Shown one piece after another: positions 37,792 to 47,697 of a DNA stretch of 64,000 nucleotides. This stretch comes from an uncultured Pseudomonadota bacterium. Its GTDB lineage: Bacteria; Babelota; Babeliae; Babelales; RVW-14. The notes beneath the pieces are model-generated. The model saw only the letters and a program-made list of their open reading frames with translations. It did no database searches and had not been told where the DNA came from. The stretch is from the NCBI GenBank assembly GCA_964446935.1, contig CAYUQI010000002.1, positions 194 through 64,193 on the forward strand, in the 5' to 3' direction. The number at the start of each line of letters is the position of its first letter. Position 1 is the first letter of the stretch. Position numbers and translations under genes: made by a program.

Positions 37792-37834
37792 TGAGAGAGG
37801 GACGAGGCAACAGCCTCGTCCCTCTCTCATTTTC
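37792..37834. terminator. bidirectional rho-independent terminator
   Basis: 17-bp perfect stem TGAGAGAGGGACGAGGC-aaca-GCCTCGTCCCTCTCTCA followed by TTTT. Confidence 0.85.
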
Positions 37835-37847
37835 TTCACAGAGAAGT

Positions 37848-38999
37848 TTATTCAGTTGCTCCATGATCCTGTAAATATTTAATCATTTTTCGATTTCTAT
37901 GTTGTTGAGCCCAATAAAGAGCGGTATATCCGTAAAAATTTTTGTTGTTTACATTAACCCCCGCCTCCACCATTCTTTTCACACCAACAAAATTATTCTG
38001 TTTCGCGTAACTAACTAAAGTCTGAACCATCTTGTAGGGCGTCATTCCGAGCAGCCGTTGTTTACGCTTTATGGTTTCTACTTTTCTTATATCCGCCCAC
38101 TCTGTTTTTTCTTGTGCTTCTTTAATTGCTTCTTTTGCATCTTCTTGTAAAGCTGCGGCTTTTTTTAGGATATCTTCTTTGGTTTGAAGAGTCTCATCTG
38201 CCAATATTTGATCGGTAAATTTTTCTAATTTTTTTTCTTTGAGTATTGTTGTTATGTTTTCGATTTTTTTATTTTGTTCATCTAAGTCTTGTTTTAATCG
38301 CTTTAAGGTGGCCAATTCAATCTCGAGTTTGCCTTTTTTAATGACAAATTTAGTGTTAGCCTTTACCTTGGTTAAAATGTCTTGAATTTTTTCTATTTCA
38401 ACGATCTGGCTTTCAATGTTTTCTAACTCTGCTTCCTTGTTTTTTATGTAGGTATCTAGATTAGATACAGTCCATAGACTTTCTTGTATATCAGCCACTG
38501 TTGTGTCAAAGTTGCCTGCTATTATTCTATTGATAAGTCTTCTTCCCCGTCCTGTTAGATCATAGTTGATGTTATGTTGATAAAAAGAAGCAATTATGGC
38601 AGCAATGCCAGTCAGGGATATCCCATCGAGCCATTTTTGTACCGCCACATTATCTTGTGGATAATATTCTAAATTTTTTCCTTCTTTAGAAAAACTTTTA
38701 ATGTTGGGAGTTTCGCCAGCGTCAAAAGGGCTGTATATTACAGTAAAATCTCCAACATTCCTTTTAAATTTTAAAATTAATTTATATAAAATATCTAATT
38801 TCTCTGGATTATCGGTTAAGTTGAGGGTGTTTTCATCGATATCGATGCATTGATTTGTTACGCCAAAAGGATCGTTTTCAATTTTTTTTACTACAGAATC
38901 AATTGTTTCTATTGTTATGAGTTTTTGTGAAGACTGGCCATAACAGGTGAGATAAGAAAATAAGACTATAAAAATAGAAAACATTTTAAAGATTCTCAT
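37848..38999 (-). CDS. exported coiled-coil protein with C-terminal ankyrin repeat(s)
   Basis: Signal-like MRIFKMFSIFIVLFSYLTCYG. Long heptad-like K/E-rich middle region. C-terminal VKRMVEAGVNVNNKNFYGYTALYWAQQHRNRKMIKYLQDHGA. Confidence 0.6.
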   Translation of the reverse strand: MRIFKMFSIFIVLFSYLTCYGQSSQKLITIETIDSVVKKIENDPFGVTNQCIDIDENTLNLTDNPEKLDILYKLILKFKRNVGDFTVIYSPFDAGETPNIKSFSKEGKNLEYYPQDNVAVQKWLDGISLTGIAAIIASFYQHNINYDLTGRGRRLINRIIAGNFDTTVADIQESLWTVSNLDTYIKNKEAELENIESQIVEIEKIQDILTKVKANTKFVIKKGKLEIELATLKRLKQDLDEQNKKIENITTILKEKKLEKFTDQILADETLQTKEDILKKAAALQEDAKEAIKEAQEKTEWADIRKVETIKRKQRLLGMTPYKMVQTLVSYAKQNNFVGVKRMVEAGVNVNNKNFYGYTALYWAQQHRNRKMIKYLQDHGATE

Positions 39000-39118
39000 A
39001 TATTCTCCTTTTAAAAGAAGTACGTACTGTAAACAGATTTCTTTCTTTGTTGTATTATCCTGTTGTTATCACTAGTAACTAGCATACCACGGTCAATATC
39101 AGCAAGTGTTTTACGTAA

Positions 39119-39685
39119 TCAAAAGTGTATTCCTACATTAAACGTTTCAATAGTGGAATACTGAGGGCCTGTACCTGTTATTTGTGATTCCATTAGATGA
39201 GCAATGGTAACCGGAAGCTCTGGCAGGGTGAGTGGTGGCAAAGAATAATCTGGAATAGCTGTGAGGCTACAACGTGCAAGCGTGATGTGGGGGATACATG
39301 ATTTTTCATTGGTGTTGTGAATTGGTTGTTGATGATTATGTAAGAACGTTGTGATCATTTGTTTGATTTGGGTGACAAGTTTTGTATAGGCGTCATTGTT
39401 GTAATATTCAGCCCAAATCATTCGGCGTGGGTCCTGTGGTGGTGCAAAGGTGACGCCCTTAAATTTCAAGGCAAATGGTTGGAGATGTTTAAAAACAGTG
39501 TTACATACTAATACTAATCCTGGGATGAGTTCTTCGTTGGTATCCCCCAAAAAATGGAGGGTGATGTGGAGATTGCCCAGTGTTGTCCAGCGGACATTGG
39601 CAAGATGCAAAGCTTTGCAATACCTATCAAGCAATGTAAGACTTGTCTCCGGGAAGGGAATAGCGATAAAAAGACGCTTATTCAT
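39119..39685 (-). CDS. thpR: RNA 2',3'-cyclic phosphodiesterase (2H phosphoesterase)
   Basis: Two HxT motifs (HITLHFLG and HITLARC) at the expected spacing. Confidence 0.7.
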   Translation of the reverse strand: MNKRLFIAIPFPETSLTLLDRYCKALHLANVRWTTLGNLHITLHFLGDTNEELIPGLVLVCNTVFKHLQPFALKFKGVTFAPPQDPRRMIWAEYYNNDAYTKLVTQIKQMITTFLHNHQQPIHNTNEKSCIPHITLARCSLTAIPDYSLPPLTLPELPVTIAHLMESQITGTGPQYSTIETFNVGIHF

Positions 39686-39736
39686 GTAACACCAAAATAA
39701 AGCGAATTATATTAAGATTTCAGCTAACAGAATCTG

Positions 39737-42400
39737 TTAAGCAGATACAGCTTCAAGCGGCTCTTTTTCTCGCTGTGCTATGCCAATAGGTCCTTGGACT
39801 GGCGCATAATGCGCAGCTTGTTTTTGCTTTTCTGCTTCTCGTTTGAGCCGTGCTTTTTCAATGGCTTCAGAGACCTTAAAATAAGGGTCTTCTTGTAGGT
39901 TGGCCGACTTTGGTCGGTTTCTGCCATACGTGTAGTCATCTATTGGTCTTAAAACACCTTGAGCAGCATCTGATAATTTTTGCTTAATTGTCTGATGTGA
40001 TGGTCGGAAAAACCATCGTTGTATTGGATCTCGGTCATGAATGTACATATCATTTTTCATAATCTGATATTTAGCATAATCAAGTTTAAGTTGGGTATAT
40101 TCATCAGGAGCGCCCTCAAAGCGTGGTTTGATAATACTTGGGCGAATGAATACGTAGAGGTTTTCCTCTGTTTTCGATTTTGCTTTAGTTTTAAACAAGT
40201 TTCCCAGAATTGGAATATCGCCAAGAATTGGAGTTTTATAAACATCATCAGTTAGTTTACTTTTGGTTAATCCACCAAGGACCAAAACTTCACCAGCGCC
40301 CAAACATGCTTTTGTAACCAGTTTTCTTGTTGATTTGGAAGCGGTATCCGAAGGGTTTACTTGTTGAAATTCATCGACCGATATATCGGTTGACAGGTCA
40401 ATGGTACCCGTCAAGTTGATAGTAGGTGTAAGATCAATTTTAATTTCAGCATCCAAATCTTCTTTTTGAACGACTGGCTGGATGTTTTTGGTATCTACTT
40501 TGCCGCTGACTCTAAATGTTGTTTTGACCGAAACCGTACATTTTTGATTGTTGTTGGCGATAACATATGGTTGTGAAATAACTTGAGAATTTTTGATATT
40601 TAACGTTGCCTTGATGATTGACCAGATGTTTTGATTCGTTCGTGGATCTGCGCGTCCTAAGGTAAAGTAACTCCCGTGTTCGTTACCAATAAGCTGATTA
40701 GCGGGATCTAAAAAATCAATGTATGGGTTTGAAAATGGATTTTTGCTTTCTTCAGTGCCACTTTTAGCTATCCCTGATGTTAGATTTTGGAATTCAACAT
40801 TGACATTATGAGCGAGCGGATTGCCTTTGACGTTAAACATCTGTACCCCGAGTGAACGATCATTTTGCATATTCACATCAACAATCATGACCTCGATAGC
40901 TACTTGTGGTTGTGGTTTGTCAAGTTTATCAATAAAGGTCTCAAGCCGTTTCCAGTCTTCTCGGTTACAAGCAATAATAAGACGATTACCGCCGCCGCGT
41001 TTGGCTGTTTCGGATCCAGCTGTATCATCTTGTTCTGCGCTGATAACAACATCTTCAAAAACCTTGTAACCACCTTCCATGACCAATGCCTTTTCTGTTG
41101 TTCCTTTTGGTGGTTTGATGATATCAACAAGAATAGGTTGAATATCTTGTGCACGAACATAACGCAGCTCCTTGACATGGAGGCGGGAATCAGCACTTTC
41201 GATAGGGACATCAAGATATTTGTAGATAAAGCCTTTGATTTTTTCGATATTCTTTTTAGTGCCTAGGAGAATAAGTGAGTTTTGTGTTGGTTCAGCAAGG
41301 ATTTTTGTCGCTGAAGAAAAATAAGAAGCTTCTTTTGATTGAAACGATGAGAAACGAATAATCTTTTCGTCTTTTTCTCCAACAATATCGGTAAACAGTT
41401 TTTGAATATCATCAGCATTAGCCCATGTGAGTGAAATTACCTCAATAGCTTCACGAAGCCCGCCATCGTCGAGTTCTTTGACGATTTTCATGGCTGCTTT
41501 GATGTTTAAACATTGATCTTTGATGATACAGACGTTCAAATCCTTGTTATCAACAATATTTTTTTCATCAATCATTTTGCTTAAAATACTATGTGCGGCG
41601 TCAACCTTTATATTCTTTAAAAAATAGACGTATCGGACAACAAGATCGCTATCGGGAAGATTTTCTGGCTCTGTTCCGGTTCCTGATGAGTACACAGGAA
41701 GTGGTTCTTGTCCGTTGTTTTGGCTTGGAACAACGCGGTGCAGTGCCCCGACTTTAACAATGGTGAACCCATTCATTTCAAGAAGGGTAAGCATTACGTT
41801 CCATGCTCGTTCGAGAGTTAGCGGGTTACGCGTTGTCAATGAAACCTTAGCCGTCTCGAGGTCTTTATGAGGAATAATATTAAACTTTTTTTGCTCTGAG
41901 AGGTAATTAAGCACACTTCCAAGTGAAGCATTATCAAAATTGAGATAAATATTTGCATCATCCTGTGTTTCTTGTGGCACTAAATCGCCGACGTTAATCG
42001 TTGTTGAAGGCATAACTCCATTTTGTGGCGGAAGTGCCGGTTGCGGGGTTGCTGGTTGTTGTTGCTCTGGTTTGCTTGGCGTGACAGGAGTTGTTGTCGA
42101 TGATTCAGTTGGCGTTGCTGGTTGCAGTGGTGTAGAAAATTCAGGCATTGAGGCTATTGCGGATTCGGCTGGTGGCATTGCAGCAGAAGGCGGCACAGCA
42201 GTGGGTGCTGTTGCGACTGTTTCTGCAGCAGGGGTAGCCGTTGTTAGCTGAGGGGCTGGGGTAGCTGTGACTGATGGCACCGGGGCTGAAGTGGTAGGCA
42301 TAAGTGGCATGAGTGCCATGGTGGTGTTTATCCACCATGGCGCAAACAGAAAACATAAGAGCATTATAAGTGATCTACTATATTTCATAGCCGTTATCAT
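39737..42400 (-). CDS. secretin, GspD-like (copy 2)
   Basis: N0-like IYLNFDNASLGSVLNYLSEQKKFNIIP..LEMNGFTIV. Secretin core VLVLGGLTKSK..YKTPILGDIPILGNLFK. Signal peptide and a Pro/Thr/Ala-rich spacer. Confidence 0.85.
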   Translation of the reverse strand: MITAMKYSRSLIMLLCFLFAPWWINTTMALMPLMPTTSAPVPSVTATPAPQLTTATPAAETVATAPTAVPPSAAMPPAESAIASMPEFSTPLQPATPTESSTTTPVTPSKPEQQQPATPQPALPPQNGVMPSTTINVGDLVPQETQDDANIYLNFDNASLGSVLNYLSEQKKFNIIPHKDLETAKVSLTTRNPLTLERAWNVMLTLLEMNGFTIVKVGALHRVVPSQNNGQEPLPVYSSGTGTEPENLPDSDLVVRYVYFLKNIKVDAAHSILSKMIDEKNIVDNKDLNVCIIKDQCLNIKAAMKIVKELDDGGLREAIEVISLTWANADDIQKLFTDIVGEKDEKIIRFSSFQSKEASYFSSATKILAEPTQNSLILLGTKKNIEKIKGFIYKYLDVPIESADSRLHVKELRYVRAQDIQPILVDIIKPPKGTTEKALVMEGGYKVFEDVVISAEQDDTAGSETAKRGGGNRLIIACNREDWKRLETFIDKLDKPQPQVAIEVMIVDVNMQNDRSLGVQMFNVKGNPLAHNVNVEFQNLTSGIAKSGTEESKNPFSNPYIDFLDPANQLIGNEHGSYFTLGRADPRTNQNIWSIIKATLNIKNSQVISQPYVIANNNQKCTVSVKTTFRVSGKVDTKNIQPVVQKEDLDAEIKIDLTPTINLTGTIDLSTDISVDEFQQVNPSDTASKSTRKLVTKACLGAGEVLVLGGLTKSKLTDDVYKTPILGDIPILGNLFKTKAKSKTEENLYVFIRPSIIKPRFEGAPDEYTQLKLDYAKYQIMKNDMYIHDRDPIQRWFFRPSHQTIKQKLSDAAQGVLRPIDDYTYGRNRPKSANLQEDPYFKVSEAIEKARLKREAEKQKQAAHYAPVQGPIGIAQREKEPLEAVSA

Positions 42401-42403
42401 AGT

Positions 42404-42952
42404 TTAATCCAGCATCGATTTATATTTTTTCGTTGCAAGCATGATGTCAAATCCTATTTTTTGGCCGCCCTCGTTGCGAATTTTTAATTCCTTGATATAG
42501 ACGATTTCTTTTTTATCAAGCGTATCAAGTATTTTTACGAGTTTTTCAGTTGTTTGTCCTTTGAATGATGCAGGCAATGTAATTTCATCAAATCGTTCAT
42601 TGACGGTTTCGGCACGAGCATCCCATCCTGTTTCTGGAGTGATATTTTGTTCCCGATAAAATTGTTCAAAAAAGCCCTTCATAGTAAAATCTTTGTTTTT
42701 ATCTAAAATTTCCTTAAATCGAACCTCGTCCTTAATCATTTTTCTGTTATTAGCAATCATTTTAAAGGAACGTTCAGTGAGTGTTTGAAGTTGTTTAATG
42801 TGCATAGCAAGATCATACTTTTTTTGATAAATAAAGTAGGTAACAGAGGCTGCAACAAGTGCTACTGAACCAAGAAAAAGAAGAATGTGCCGCTGAAACT
42901 GTTTTTGATTAAGATTTTGAAGATAACGAGCGAGTTTATTAAGTGCTTCCAT
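42404..42952 (-). CDS. small bitopic GspM/PilO-like assembly protein
   Basis: Single TM (ILLFLGSVALVAASVTYFIY) followed by a ~120-aa soluble domain. Position is right after the GspL/PilM-like gene. Confidence 0.4.
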   Translation of the reverse strand: MEALNKLARYLQNLNQKQFQRHILLFLGSVALVAASVTYFIYQKKYDLAMHIKQLQTLTERSFKMIANNRKMIKDEVRFKEILDKNKDFTMKGFFEQFYREQNITPETGWDARAETVNERFDEITLPASFKGQTTEKLVKILDTLDKKEIVYIKELKIRNEGGQKIGFDIMLATKKYKSMLD

Positions 42953-42955
42953 GGT

Positions 42956-44665
42956 TTATATCTCTTTCAATCTCATTCTCACCGAAAAGTTAACCCCATC
43001 TGCCGGTGTGGTTTCAATAGGCTCGATAACTTTGAGGATTGTTGAATCTCTAAAACGGTTTTCCAATGGAATGAAATCAACGAAGTGATCACCTGTTTTT
43101 GATTTAAAGATTCCTTCAACTTCAAGTTTTGGAATGCCAGCATCTTTTTTAGGCGAACCATCCTTCTCTTTTTCCCAATTGCGTTCTTGCGTAGTAAAGA
43201 CAATTTCTTTGATCGAGACGTCAAATTGTTTTCTATTAATAATACGCGTGAGTTCAAGCCACAAATCAAGTGGTCGCATGCGTTGTTGAGCAAATGGAGC
43301 CCACACATCAAGCTTATCACGGACAATTCGCTCAGCCTCACGGACAACAGTTGCTAATGATGCGTTTCTAGGAAATTGTTCTTTGGTGAAGATATCCTCT
43401 GTTTTAATGCGATTGATTTCACGTAATTCAAACATTCGAGCTTCATTGCTCAGTTTGTGCAGATCAATAAATCCTTTGATTCCTATTCCTGTGAGCATGG
43501 CGATGATAATAAACACAGCCATTGCTAGTTGTTTGACTAAAAGGCTATGCCGTTGAAAGGCAAATTGTTTTCGCCGTAAATCAAACAACTCTTGTGCTGG
43601 TGATGGAATAGCGGCACCAAGAGCGTTGGTAAAGATGTTCCAGTGATCGATAGGAGATTTGACCTTGTTTTTGATGTGTTTGGTATCAAAAAGTTTTTTA
43701 CAATCAAAGATTTCGCATGGAAGTTGAATGGTGTTACTGCAAAATTCCATAAAATTAGGAATTGTGTGTACATAACCGGTAAAAAGGACTTTGCTGATTC
43801 CTTCGTAATAATTCAACTTAAGGCTGAATGAATTGAGGGTAAATTGTACCTCGTTGAGCAAAAGCACGAAATGCTTTTGCATACTGCGGGCGAGTACTTC
43901 ATCGTTAAGGCCATATAAGCCGGCTGCTGCAAGCTTCTTTTCAACCTCTTCAGGCGAAAGCTTTGTTTCATCACTGATAAATTTAGTGATTGAGGCCATA
44001 CCTCTTTGAATGTAACGTGTGAGGCGAAGTTGCCCATCTTGAATAAAGGCAACGCGTGTATTTTCATGGCTAAATTCAACAAGTGCTACTGCATTGGGCA
44101 AAGAATGATATTGAGGAATCTGTTGAAAAAGCCCATACAATGAAAACAAGTCAATGGTGATATGCGCAGGATCAACTCCAGCTTTTTCGTAAATAGAAAG
44201 ATGTGCTTGTAGATCTTGACTTCGTACTGCTGCAACAAGGACCTGCGTTCCTTGATCCTTGCTTGTTTTTGTGATGATAAAATCAACAATTGCTTCGTTA
44301 ATAGCAAAAGGAATCATGGTTTCTATTTCATAATCAAGTACCATTCGAATTTTTTCTGGATCGCTGAATTGTAGCTGCAATTCTTTGAAAATAACGATTG
44401 ATGCTGGAATACAAATGCGAACATAATTGTATGCTGAAATGGTACCAATAATTTTTTTAATAGCTTGTGCAGCTCGATCGGTATATGTTTCTGCCGGGCC
44501 GGCCTCGATTTTCTCTTCTTTAAGAAACTCAAGGATATTCTTATGACGTTTGGCATATACAAGCGCGAGTCGAACTGCATCATCATGCAGTGCCAACCCA
44601 ACAATGTGTTGGGCAAGAATACGATGAGTACCTATTTTTTCAGGTAAAAAAATTTCCTTGATCAT
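42956..44665 (-). CDS. GspL / PilM-PilN-type protein (actin-like cytoplasmic domain + TM + periplasmic domain)
   Basis: PilM-like segments VAAVRSQDLQAHLSIYEKAGVDPAHITIDLFSLYGL and TRVAFIQDGQLRLTRYIQRGMASIT. TM segment LAMAVFIIIAMLTGIGI, then a ~170-aa tail. Confidence 0.65.
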   Translation of the reverse strand: MIKEIFLPEKIGTHRILAQHIVGLALHDDAVRLALVYAKRHKNILEFLKEEKIEAGPAETYTDRAAQAIKKIIGTISAYNYVRICIPASIVIFKELQLQFSDPEKIRMVLDYEIETMIPFAINEAIVDFIITKTSKDQGTQVLVAAVRSQDLQAHLSIYEKAGVDPAHITIDLFSLYGLFQQIPQYHSLPNAVALVEFSHENTRVAFIQDGQLRLTRYIQRGMASITKFISDETKLSPEEVEKKLAAAGLYGLNDEVLARSMQKHFVLLLNEVQFTLNSFSLKLNYYEGISKVLFTGYVHTIPNFMEFCSNTIQLPCEIFDCKKLFDTKHIKNKVKSPIDHWNIFTNALGAAIPSPAQELFDLRRKQFAFQRHSLLVKQLAMAVFIIIAMLTGIGIKGFIDLHKLSNEARMFELREINRIKTEDIFTKEQFPRNASLATVVREAERIVRDKLDVWAPFAQQRMRPLDLWLELTRIINRKQFDVSIKEIVFTTQERNWEKEKDGSPKKDAGIPKLEVEGIFKSKTGDHFVDFIPLENRFRDSTILKVIEPIETTPADGVNFSVRMRLKEI

Positions 44666-47600
44666 GCAATAGCCTTTTGGTCTATTTGCTTTTTAAGAGT
44701 ATTTTGAGCAAGCGCACGATGTGCTGTTAAAAAGTCATTTAATCCATTTCGCTGCTGTGTATCAGTTATGAGTCGTATTTCAGGTGCCTTGGATCGTGCT
44801 GCAAGTGTACCAGAGGGTGGGGCTATGAGGTTCTTGAGCGATTCGCGCTGTTGAGGATCCACCGTTATTGGCATCGGCGTTGGCGTAGGTTCTGTGTCTT
44901 TTGGTGATGTCGAAGAACGAGAAAGTAACTCTTTAAGTTTATTTCGTTTTGCTATAAGCGAGTCATCTGGCGTTGGTATTGGTTCAATTGGTTGAGGCGT
45001 ACGCAATGAAACGGCAGGTGGAGTGGTGACTTGCGGTGACGCAGGAGTCGTTTTTTGTATTTGATTGTGCGCAACCACTGAAGGCTTTTCTTTCTCGATT
45101 GATTGAGGTGGGGTTAGATTATTCGCCTCTTGTTGAATTATTGGTTTTGGTTCACTGATAAGCGCCCTGTAATAAGGATCATTTTTAATATCGACGGTTG
45201 TTGGTTGATAGCGAGCATTGGCAAAGTCAATAACTTTATGAGAGTAATTTTCTTTATCTGGGTTAAAGAACCAATTATGAATAGGATCTTGGGTTCGCTT
45301 TGTTTCAACAGTGTTTTCAATATCTTCGGTGGCTTGGTGAAGTTTCATCTTTGTATATAATTGCATGCCGGGTATTTGTCGTGGTTTAAGGATTGTTGGG
45401 GAGAGGAAAATAAAGAGGTATTCTTTAATAATTGTACGTTGTTGATCTTTAAAAAACCAACCAAGAATGGGGATGTCTCCAAGGACTGGCGTTTTGTTTT
45501 TGGATTCATCTACTTTGGTTTTTATAAAACCGCCTAAGACGAGAACTTGGCTATCTGCTACACTAACGTTGGTTTCAAGTACACGGGTTGATTTTTTAGT
45601 TGCTTCATCATTTTCAAATTCTGTTATTTCTACTCTAATTTTTAATCGTATAACACCATCAAGATTTATTTGAGGTGTAAGTTCAACTTTGGTTGATGCT
45701 TCAGCATTAATGTAACCTTTTGCCCCTGTAGTTCCTGAAACTTCTTCCGAAACTATACGCTTGGTTGAACCAACGTTGATATTGGCTGTGGTTTTGTTGG
45801 CAACCGTAATAAATGGTTGAGAAAGAATGGAAGCGTTTGTTTGAGTTTTAAGCATTTTGAAAACGCTCCAAATATTATTCTCTTTACCAAACGATAAACA
45901 TGTTTGACCTTGTGTTGGGACGAGTTGGTTAATTAAATTACCAAGCAAGCTGACATTTTGTGCCTGATCATTTTTTTTAAGGGTAGGACCATCGGTAAGT
46001 GAAGCAGATTGAAAATCAACATGGGTTCCCAATTGCCCTTCTTTTTTATTGCGAAGCATTCCGCCAAGTTCTTTAACATCGTCAGAGCTTATGGTTACCA
46101 GTAAACTTTCAATGGCAACTTGAGGTTGTGGTTTGTCAAGGTCTTGAATTGTTTTTTCCAGCAATGTCCAGTCCTGTTTATCAAGACATGAAACAATTAA
46201 TCGATTGCCATCTTTATCAACCTGAAAGTTCATATTTTTAAAGTATTTTACACCGCCACGGATAGAACCAAATTTGCCAGCGGCTTGTCCTGTTGTTGAT
46301 TCTGGTGCTATGGTAACTTCCTTCAAGATATCTCGAACTTGCGTAGCATCGATGTGTTGTAATTCGTAGATGTGTAGAGGGGATTCGGCTTCTTTAAGGT
46401 CAGTATCAATATGTTTGCTGATGAAATCGACGATCTTATCAATTGATTTGTTATTGCCAAGTAAAATAAGCGAATTGGTACGTTCTTCTGGTACAATTTT
46501 GGTGGTTGGGGAAAAATATTCGGTTCCGCCTTCAGCTGTTTTTCCTAAAAGTCGCGCAAGCGGATTTGTTTGATCTGGTTTTTTAATTAACGCATCAAGA
46601 AGCGTTTTTACATCGGTTGCATTAGCACGTTTAAGCCTTAAAACGGTGACGCTTTCAGGCAATCCCATCTGGTCAAGTTCGTGAATGAGTTTAACAGCCG
46701 CTTTAATGTTATAAGACTTATCAGTGATAATGAAAGCATTCATGTCTTTTTGCTCGTGTACCACGTTAGGCTGGCTGAGCATGCTTTCGAGTACTGGTTT
46801 GATATCAGTTACCGAAATATTGGAAAGAAACGTGACATAACGAATGGTTAAATCACTATCTGGCAACGATTCATATGGAACGTTAATGTAGGCAGGGAGA
46901 GGTTGATTAAGCTTTTTATCCTTAGGAATGATCTTATGAACATCACCGACTTTAACAATGCTAAAGCCTGACATTTCAAGAACGGTGAGAAAGATATTCC
47001 ATGCTCCTTCAACCGTGAGTGGCTCGCGTATGGTGAGGGATATCTTTGAACCTTCAAGCCCTTTGTCTGGGACAAAATTGATTTTTTTAATCTCAGCAAT
47101 GTAATCGATAAAACTCGAAAGTTCGGTATTTTCAAAATTAAGATAAATATCTTTTTTTTCTTCTGCAGGGGTTGGTGTTGTAACCCCTGGTGTTGGTTTT
47201 GTTTCTGTTGCAGCAGGTTGCGGGGTTGTTTGTTCAGATGGTGCGCCTGCTGTTTGCTGTTCAGTGAGCTGGGACTGGGTTTCTGCGGCTACTGGGGTGG
47301 TAGATTCTTGTGGTGTGGTAGGTGCTTCTGGTGCTGGCGCAGGAATTGATGCCTCGTCAATAGTTGGAGTAGGGATAGGTGCTTGCGTAGGTGTGGGAGA
47401 CGTTGCTGGTACTGATGGTTGTATGACAGGTGCTATTGAGGGGGTAGGCGAAACAGCTGAAATCGATGATGCCGATAGTGCAGCAGGTTGTTGCGGGGTT
47501 ACGGGCATTGTTGGTATTGCCGGTGTTGTTGCTAGTGCCAATGGCATTGTTGGCATTACGGGCGTCGTCTCTGTTGCTAATGGCATTGTGGGTATAGCAG

Positions 47601-47667
47601 CAACGATTTGACTTGTATATATTCCGAGGATGATACTTAGTAATCGAATGATGAAGAAGTTTTTCAT
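44662..47667 (-). CDS. secretin, GspD-like (copy 1, 1001 aa)
   Basis: N0-like IYLNFENTELSSFIDYIAEIKKINFVP..LEMSGFSIV. Secretin core VLVLGGFIKTK..NKTPVLGDIPILGWFFK. Long low-complexity N- and C-terminal extensions. Confidence 0.85.
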   Translation of the reverse strand: MKNFFIIRLLSIILGIYTSQIVAAIPTMPLATETTPVMPTMPLALATTPAIPTMPVTPQQPAALSASSISAVSPTPSIAPVIQPSVPATSPTPTQAPIPTPTIDEASIPAPAPEAPTTPQESTTPVAAETQSQLTEQQTAGAPSEQTTPQPAATETKPTPGVTTPTPAEEKKDIYLNFENTELSSFIDYIAEIKKINFVPDKGLEGSKISLTIREPLTVEGAWNIFLTVLEMSGFSIVKVGDVHKIIPKDKKLNQPLPAYINVPYESLPDSDLTIRYVTFLSNISVTDIKPVLESMLSQPNVVHEQKDMNAFIITDKSYNIKAAVKLIHELDQMGLPESVTVLRLKRANATDVKTLLDALIKKPDQTNPLARLLGKTAEGGTEYFSPTTKIVPEERTNSLILLGNNKSIDKIVDFISKHIDTDLKEAESPLHIYELQHIDATQVRDILKEVTIAPESTTGQAAGKFGSIRGGVKYFKNMNFQVDKDGNRLIVSCLDKQDWTLLEKTIQDLDKPQPQVAIESLLVTISSDDVKELGGMLRNKKEGQLGTHVDFQSASLTDGPTLKKNDQAQNVSLLGNLINQLVPTQGQTCLSFGKENNIWSVFKMLKTQTNASILSQPFITVANKTTANINVGSTKRIVSEEVSGTTGAKGYINAEASTKVELTPQINLDGVIRLKIRVEITEFENDEATKKSTRVLETNVSVADSQVLVLGGFIKTKVDESKNKTPVLGDIPILGWFFKDQQRTIIKEYLFIFLSPTILKPRQIPGMQLYTKMKLHQATEDIENTVETKRTQDPIHNWFFNPDKENYSHKVIDFANARYQPTTVDIKNDPYYRALISEPKPIIQQEANNLTPPQSIEKEKPSVVAHNQIQKTTPASPQVTTPPAVSLRTPQPIEPIPTPDDSLIAKRNKLKELLSRSSTSPKDTEPTPTPMPITVDPQQRESLKNLIAPPSGTLAARSKAPEIRLITDTQQRNGLNDFLTAHRALAQNTLKKQIDQKAIA

Positions 47668-47697
47668 AACCCTTTCTTCCCCTTGCTCAACATTACA

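Noticed and set aside
40019-41266. Several + strand track ORFs (40019-40255, 40821-41069, 40865-41266) inside secretin 2
   Set aside because: They are antisense or alternate-frame to a gene with clear secretin motifs, and have low-complexity hydrophobic translations.
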